A DNA stretch of 60,723 nt, the filler included, from Platydemus manokwari (lineage: Eukaryota): the NCBI GenBank assembly GCA_037951405.1. It is 5 parts of 5 records of this genome, joined end to end, with 100 filler letters (N's around TTAATTAATTAA, not from the genome) between each part and the next. Parts side by side here need not be neighbours in the genome. Positions count along the whole stretch, not along the records: positions 49,327 to 60,723 come from JBBMOY010704429.1; 4 more parts are not named here. One strand, 5' to 3'. Position numbers and translations under genes: made by a program. Below the pieces are notes generated by a model. That model saw only the letters and a list, made by a program, of their open reading frames with translations, searched no databases and was not told the DNA's origin. This document shows, piece after piece, positions 57,301 through 60,723 of the stretch; position 1 is the stretch's first letter, and each line of letters opens with the position of its first letter.

Positions 57301-59063
57301 ATGTAGAATTTATTGTCGACAAGCTGACGATAATGAGATGACAAACAATTTGATTGTATAAGACCCTGTGTTTATGATTTTATTAATATCCAAACGTTAG
57401 ATAATAAAAAAAAACCAGAATAATAGCAATCGTATCGATTATTATAACAAAATATTATTAAGAAACGAACACTCGATTAATTTTTTGATATTAAACAAAA
57501 CATTGTGGAAATGTTATCATTTTGCGAATCATTTTGAAAAATAATAACCAATCACAAGTAAGTAGTAAATAACTGAATAGTGGAAGGACAAGATCTAGTT
57601 TTGAGTAAAATTTATATGAAGGAATGAAATATTGGTTTATCACGAATAAATCATTTTTAGTGTAGTCTTTCGCTGATTACTCATGATATTAACCACTAAT
57701 AACTGAATATAATAAAAAAAATTATATAATTAATTTTGTTAATTGGTTTAGACTGTCTGAAAGTCTGTAGTTATATTTGGAATAATCGTTTGTTGTATTT
57801 TTTCACTTAAAATTTTTCCAGAAGAAATTTTTCCAAATAAATAAATGATAAATATATGATATGATAAATATAAGATATGATAAATATAAGATATGATAAA
57901 TATCTGAAATGAATTTTTTTAATGGGTTGTTGCAGTTATGTGTGTTTAGATGGGATTAAATTTCTTGTATATGTGGTAAATATAATTCAGAAGCATATTG
58001 TATGTCGGTTTTGGTGTTTGAAAATGTTATTTATTTATTTTTTATTCTTATTTCGATATATGTATTGATTGAGTGCTTTGCCATATTTTATGTGATGATT
58101 AATTGAGTTCTACAAGTTTCTAAATAAATGATATACTATTTCATTAAAGTTGAATAAATCATTGTTCAGTAGATTTGGAACCACAGTTAGAACACAAAGA
58201 CTAAATTAATAGTCTAAATAATTTAATAATGAACTGACAATCCATTTCCATAGCATGCTAAATTATCGTAATTAATTAAAATATTTGATATTAATGCTAA
58301 ATCCAATAATTCTCTTTAAATTTCCTTTATCTTACTCCTAACAAATTCGTGTTCCTGCAAGGCCATCAAGAAATTTAATTAGGTTTAAGGTTAAAATTTA
58401 TATTTATAACTTTATACCAAGTTAAAAGCAAAATTGCTAATAAAAGGTAATAAAGAAAATAAGATCAAGTCATTTTCTATGTTGTACCACTGGCTTGAAA
58501 TCTATTTTTAGTCACTACGACAATACCCATAAATTTATGTGATGACTACTACAATAATAAGTCTATTCTCACTGTTTAGAATTTAGAAAGCAAAATTTAC
58601 GAAGATACTAAAAATTATTATTCTTGTGACATATTTGAATTAAATGAATTAAATTTAGGAGATTTTTAGGCTCTAATTTATTTATTATTTGATTTCAAAT
58701 AACTGAAATTCTTCTTAAGTACTTAAATAAAAAAATTCAAAGGGTTCTTAAAGAATATCATTAAATAAACTATACAGAATTTTGCAATACATTCATCAAA
58801 TGTAAAATTTCATTTTAGGACCATTTTTTTTAACTTAAGCCTTGATTTTAAATCAATTTTTAGTCTTAACGCAATTGTTATTTTAGCACTTATTTAGTAA
58901 GATAACTCAAACAAATTAAATATTTCAGAAAGCCGATTTTATTGGTAAATCAGCAATATGTGAGATTTTAAGCAAACCTCTCAAGCGAAAATTAGTAATC
59001 TTGCAAATTGACACCAAAGACGTCGATGCAGATGGTGATGAAACCGTTTTTCTAAAGGACGAA
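51399..59063 (+). CDS. DMGDH: Dimethylglycine dehydrogenase (GcvT-like domain part), incomplete at both ends. Exons 51399-51971, 54805-54962, 56835-56894, 58929-59063
   Basis: GWEKPQWF..YKPSFRRSNWF, IDLTSFAKF, HLLTPRGRVYSELT, ITGAGSEFHDL, RISYTGELGWEIY, FGGYAMNSLRIEKGFRMWG, DTNPIDAGL, ADFIGK, RKLV. GT-AG junctions and phases are consistent. Confidence 0.92.
55149..56060 (+). mobile_element. Decayed Tc1/mariner-superfamily transposase in a DMGDH intron
   Basis: RVFIVKNFYKTE..VGRIF (N-terminal HTH-like), IWTDDCKSYLN (cf. FSDE..F.L), EDGAMLHF (cf. QQDGA..H), LENKIY and C-terminal KRIHL..NENSGFE; many stops. Confidence 0.7.
57844..57903. repeat. Short tandem repeat, ~3.5 x 17 bp (ATGATAAATATAAGAT-like)
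   Basis: Direct inspection. Confidence 0.8.
58651..58830 (+). repeat. Dispersed AT-rich repeat, copy B (see 15865-16045)
   Basis: Direct sequence similarity. Confidence 0.85.
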
Positions 59064-59401
59064 GTTAGTCATAGCTATTATTTTTCGAAAGTGTGATTTT
59101 CATACAAAAGAATCCTGATAAATTTTCAAAATATTGTTTTTATTATTAAAATTCACCTGAAACCCAATAATTGCTCTCAATATATTCTAAAATTATAATT
59201 ATTAAAAATAACCAAATTTTCAAAATTATTTCACAAAATTGTAGAGAATAACATTATAAGCAATCATTCAATGGCCTTCTGAAAAAATGTTTCATTTTTA
59301 AATTTAGGTTTCATGCAATGGATTATTGATCAAAATATTGAGAGTTCCGTGCAATTATCTCTCTAAAAAAGCGCATTGTAATTGTTGAGTGTTAAGAAAT
59401 C

Positions 59402-59712
59402 TTCCAAAAGAAAAACGAATTTGCACCTTGGATCCCTTGTTTCAGCACTTTAAGCATTTGTATGCCTTGACAACTGAACAGGCATTTCAACCATAGTTGA
59501 CTTAGATGAAAAACGATATTTGGAAATAGGGACACAATTACACACAACATAAATAAGGATTGACTAATCATGGACATACTAAAACTAATAACCCCAATGG
59601 AAACATGAGAAATCAAGGTTGAAATCAAAATGTGATCTCGAGCATAAAGATGGTCAACTGCTAGTTTGGAAACCAATTTTTGGTTGCGTTTTTTGAGACA
59701 TTGTATTGACTT
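59402..59712 (+). repeat. Dispersed repeat, copy B (see 40203-40592)
   Basis: Direct sequence similarity, strongest over the first ~90 bp. Confidence 0.75.
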
Positions 59713-60403
59713 TTAGAATAGTACTGATTAGTACGTGTGACAGTTGAAAGCCAAGTTTTTGTTGTATTTCTGTGATACTTTGTGAGTCGTACTGATTAGA
59801 ATGTGAGTTAGAAATAAAGCTCGTGACCTTCAATTTTTGGAGTCAGCAATTATTTGACTATTCAGAATTATTTTTATCACCATAGAATAGTGCTTTCTTC
59901 TTTACGCAGAAAATCTTTCAATGGGCCTGAAATATATCATTAACCTGATGGAAATGAAACACATTTAAAAATGTTGTAAAAAAAATTTCACATTTGGTAA
60001 CGAAAAATATTATTTTTATATTTTTAATTTGAAAATTTTTAGAGATCAATCAAAAATTTAATTGAAAAAACATATTTCAAATTAATAAATAAATTAAATC
60101 ACCTATCGATTGTTGTGAAAAGCTTTTTTAATTGATGATTAATAAATACAATTGCTATTCAAAATGGTGTCTACAATCTAATAATTAATGATTGTCAATT
60201 ATTTGTTCAATATATTTTCGTCCAAAAAACAATAGACCGGTAATTGGCATTTTGTCAGTTATTTTCTTCTTTAAATGTCGAATAAATTTGAAATATTTTC
60301 TATGCAATTTTATTGAATATATTTCGATCAATATTTAATCGATCTCCACCTGGAAGCAGCCTTCATAGAATTATTTGACTATTTAGGAATGATTAAATTG
60401 ATC

Positions 60404-60404
60404 A

Positions 60405-60443
<39 letters not shown>

Positions 60444-60487
60444 TGTAACAATAATAATAATAATAATAATTGCAATAATAATAATAA
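60404..60487. repeat. (AAT)n microsatellite
   Basis: AAT run with few interruptions. Confidence 0.95.
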
Positions 60488-60723
60488 AGAATAAAAACCG
60501 CAATATTAGAAATATTTATGTCTTAAATCTTTTATTTAAAAAACTATTCATAATAAGCGATTTTCTATTTTTAAAATAATTAAAAATATTAAAATTAATT
60601 AAAGTTGTTTTATTAATTATCATTGAATTATATTAATAATTAAAAATTTTATGAATTATTGTCTCTTGGAATATTTTCCATTCAATTTTCCGTGCCACAT
60701 TTATCTATTAATGTTCTTATCAT

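Noticed and set aside
1-60723. CRISPR arrays, tRNA, rRNA, snRNA or SL RNA genes
   Set aside because: None recognisable by eye; a covariance-model scan (Infernal, tRNAscan-SE) would be needed to exclude them.

Overview
This is AT-rich eukaryotic (animal) DNA. The short introns, ATT/AAT tracts and gene content suggest a planarian-like flatworm, but that is an inference. The window is not one locus: five contigs are joined by identical 100-bp spacers (N44-TTAATTAATTAA-N44). Spliced host genes are a GLUT/SLC2A sugar transporter (3' part), a band 4.1/coracle-type FERM protein, an R7-family RGS gene (DEP+DHEX part), a stand-alone Maf pyrophosphatase, CCDC81 and dimethylglycine dehydrogenase (part). 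Transposon relics include an RLE-clade non-LTR retrotransposon, hAT derivatives with TSDs, pogo elements and Tc1/mariner. Two things stand out. First, at ~40.6-43.9 kb a decayed retroelement has a two-knuckle gag followed, with no pol, by an unknown ~375-420 aa region in frame with a signal peptide and a chuvirus-like glycoprotein (candidate env). Second, at 49.3-51.1 kb an intronless Rickettsiales-like mgtE-yihY block runs without a gap into DNA just upstream of a host DMGDH exon (endosymbiont insertion or chimeric assembly). All family calls come from motif recognition by eye; no database searches were run.
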